The position numbers were made by a program, and so were the translations under genes. The notes below the pieces were generated by a model, which did no database searches, was not told the DNA's origin, and was given only the letters and a program-made list of their open reading frames with translations. Source: a virus (taxonomy: Duplodnaviria > Heunggongvirae > Uroviricota > Caudoviricetes). From it: a stretch of 6,755 bases of DNA. The DNA lies in IMG/VR virus record IMGVR_UViG_2711768074_000016, positions 1 to 6,755 of that record. One strand, 5' to 3'. Shown here piece after piece: positions 5,398 to 6,755 of this stretch. Position 1 is the stretch's first letter. Each line of letters begins with the position of its first letter.

Positions 5398-6429
5398 CTA
5401 CCAATCAATAAAATCAGTGATGTTATCCAACCTAATTACAGTAACTTCCCGTCTCAACTGGTTTTTCCAATATATCTCACGAGCGTTTTGTTCACCAGCA
5501 CCGCTCCACTCAATTACTCTTAAAGGCTTAGAGGTTAGGTAAGGTCGAATAAGCAGGTTAAGGTGAATATCGAGACCAGAGTAACCAAACAATATTATTT
5601 CTTCTGATTCAAATAATGCAAACTGCAAATAATCCCAGTACGTAGAAAGAACATTAGATGCTGCTATAACTGACGGTTTTCTTTTTATATGAGTTAACAC
5701 TATATGCTCACTAGGTTCATCTATGTCAAGAGTAAGTTGTGAGCGTGAAAGTTTTAAAACATTTTCATGCTGATTAATAAATAGTGGTGAACCATGCAAG
5801 TGCAAATAATAACCAAACCTACGATTGTATTTCCGTTCGAGCGCTGCAGAGGAAAATCCGTGGCTTAGCATCCCATCAACTAAAACCCCATCATACCCGT
5901 TGAATATATCATTATCTATGAATGAATTGTATAATAATTTGTCATAGTTTAATGTCGCGATATGTGAGTGTGTGTTCTTTACAAACTCCACAAGCGCATT
6001 TTCGAATCTTTGTGGCAAACCTTTATCGTAATTATGCAACCTGGTTGCAACTTTGTGAATATAAGTGGCGGTAATTTTGGGGAAGTTTAGTCCATCTTCA
6101 GTAAGCCAATGCACGTTCCCCTCTCCAATTTGAGCAAGAGCTTTACAATATGTGACAGCCTGGTGAAGGGTATCCAACTCATGTTCTCCTTCTGGTGGAC
6201 CTTGCCGCTGAAGACAACGCTCGATAAGTTGCTTGTGGATATCTTTTAAAAAATTGGGGCGATGCCAAATTTCTTCCAACGCTCTGTCTAAGGAGAAGTG
6301 AGCAGGATCTAAAGCCATACCGAGACCGTTGCCGAATATTATTAATTTTCTTGCCATATAGGGGGACTCATATTGGAATAACGCTGGATAGCGTCGCGCG
6401 ATACGCTTAAGTTTAGGATTAATAGACAT
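5398..6429 (-). CDS. Stand-alone SIR2-like domain protein (SIR2_2/ThsA-like fold), candidate NAD+-depleting antiphage defence effector, 343 aa
   Basis: The translation carries the four SIR2_2-type motifs in the correct order and spacing: a Rossmann glycine-rich loop LIIFGNGLG (res 29-37), TLNYDKLL (res ~158-166, putative catalytic Asn161), LHLHGS (putative catalytic His212, codon at 5794-5796) and ILFGYSGLD (res ~278-287). Compare ThsA: FAGAGLS, TTNYDRL, MHGD, LFVGFSFTD. The gene is AT-rich with many rare ATA and AGA/AGG codons. The start is uncertain: 6429 has a weak RBS and the in-frame ATG at 6357 is an alternative. Confidence 0.6.
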   Translation of the reverse strand: MSINPKLKRIARRYPALFQYESPYMARKLIIFGNGLGMALDPAHFSLDRALEEIWHRPNFLKDIHKQLIERCLQRQGPPEGEHELDTLHQAVTYCKALAQIGEGNVHWLTEDGLNFPKITATYIHKVATRLHNYDKGLPQRFENALVEFVKNTHSHIATLNYDKLLYNSFIDNDIFNGYDGVLVDGMLSHGFSSAALERKYNRRFGYYLHLHGSPLFINQHENVLKLSRSQLTLDIDEPSEHIVLTHIKRKPSVIAASNVLSTYWDYLQFALFESEEIILFGYSGLDIHLNLLIRPYLTSKPLRVIEWSGAGEQNAREIYWKNQLRREVTVIRLDNITDFIDW

Positions 6430-6651
6430 TCCGTTTGATTACTCTTGTTATTACAAACTTGCATGCAAAGAAGCCCAAGCTGTTAGGTAAACAGAGACCG
6501 CAGTGGCAAGATAATCTAGATATAGCCTATAAAATCCAACAACAAATAGCGGCCTGTTTTCTATGACTTTTCTTTTCCCTAAATATCGCTTATCTAATAA
6601 AATGCAATAATGTATTGCACAGTATTTAATGTGTATTAATATAGATAAGTA

Positions 6652-6755
6652 GGTGATGCTGCCAACTTACTGATTTAGTGTATGATGGTGTTTTTGAGGT
6701 GCTCCAGTGGCTTCTGTTTCTATCAGCTGTCCCTCCTGTTCAGCTACTGACGGGG
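6652..6755 (+). mobile_element. IS1 insertion sequence, left end (partial; continues beyond the window)
   Basis: The canonical IS1 left inverted repeat GGTGATGCTGCCAACTTACTGAT starts at 6652 and is followed by sequence identical to the IS1 5' region as I recall it. Confidence 0.9.
6707..6755 (+). CDS. insA: IS1 InsA, N-terminal fragment (3'-truncated by the window edge)
   Basis: GTG at 6707 followed by codons for ASVSISCPSCSATDG, the InsA N-terminus. Confidence 0.8.
   Translation, partial: MASVSISCPSCSATDG

Noticed and set aside
1-6755. CRISPR arrays or other periodic repeat structures
   Set aside because: No regularly spaced direct repeats were seen; the only tandem repeat is the single 12-bp duplication at 244-267.

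Overview
This window reads as a segment of a lambdoid (Qin/DLP12-like) prophage from E. coli or a close relative, with almost all genes on the minus strand. All family assignments below come from reading the translations and from memory of the families; no database search was run. Reading the minus strand from high to low coordinates: a partial IS1 copy (6652-6755), an AT-rich spacer, a 343-aa protein carrying the four SIR2-like (SIR2_2/ThsA-type) motifs (5398-6429), a possible 29-aa hydrophobic small ORF, a hok/mok type I toxin locus (4871-5083) with its terminator, a Rem-like 83-aa gene, a 92-aa unknown, a DUF968/YdfU-like gene, rusA, a Q-like antiterminator, a tR'-like terminator, an uncertain 106-aa ORF, a beta-class DNA methyltransferase, a phage-type tRNA-Ile2(CAU), a bidirectional terminator, and a convergent plus-strand gene fragment (1-225). 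The main candidate for an undescribed system is the stand-alone SIR2-like protein: it sits in an AT-rich, rare-codon-rich block between IS1 and the hok toxin, where the K-12 Qin prophage, as I recall it, carries relBE.
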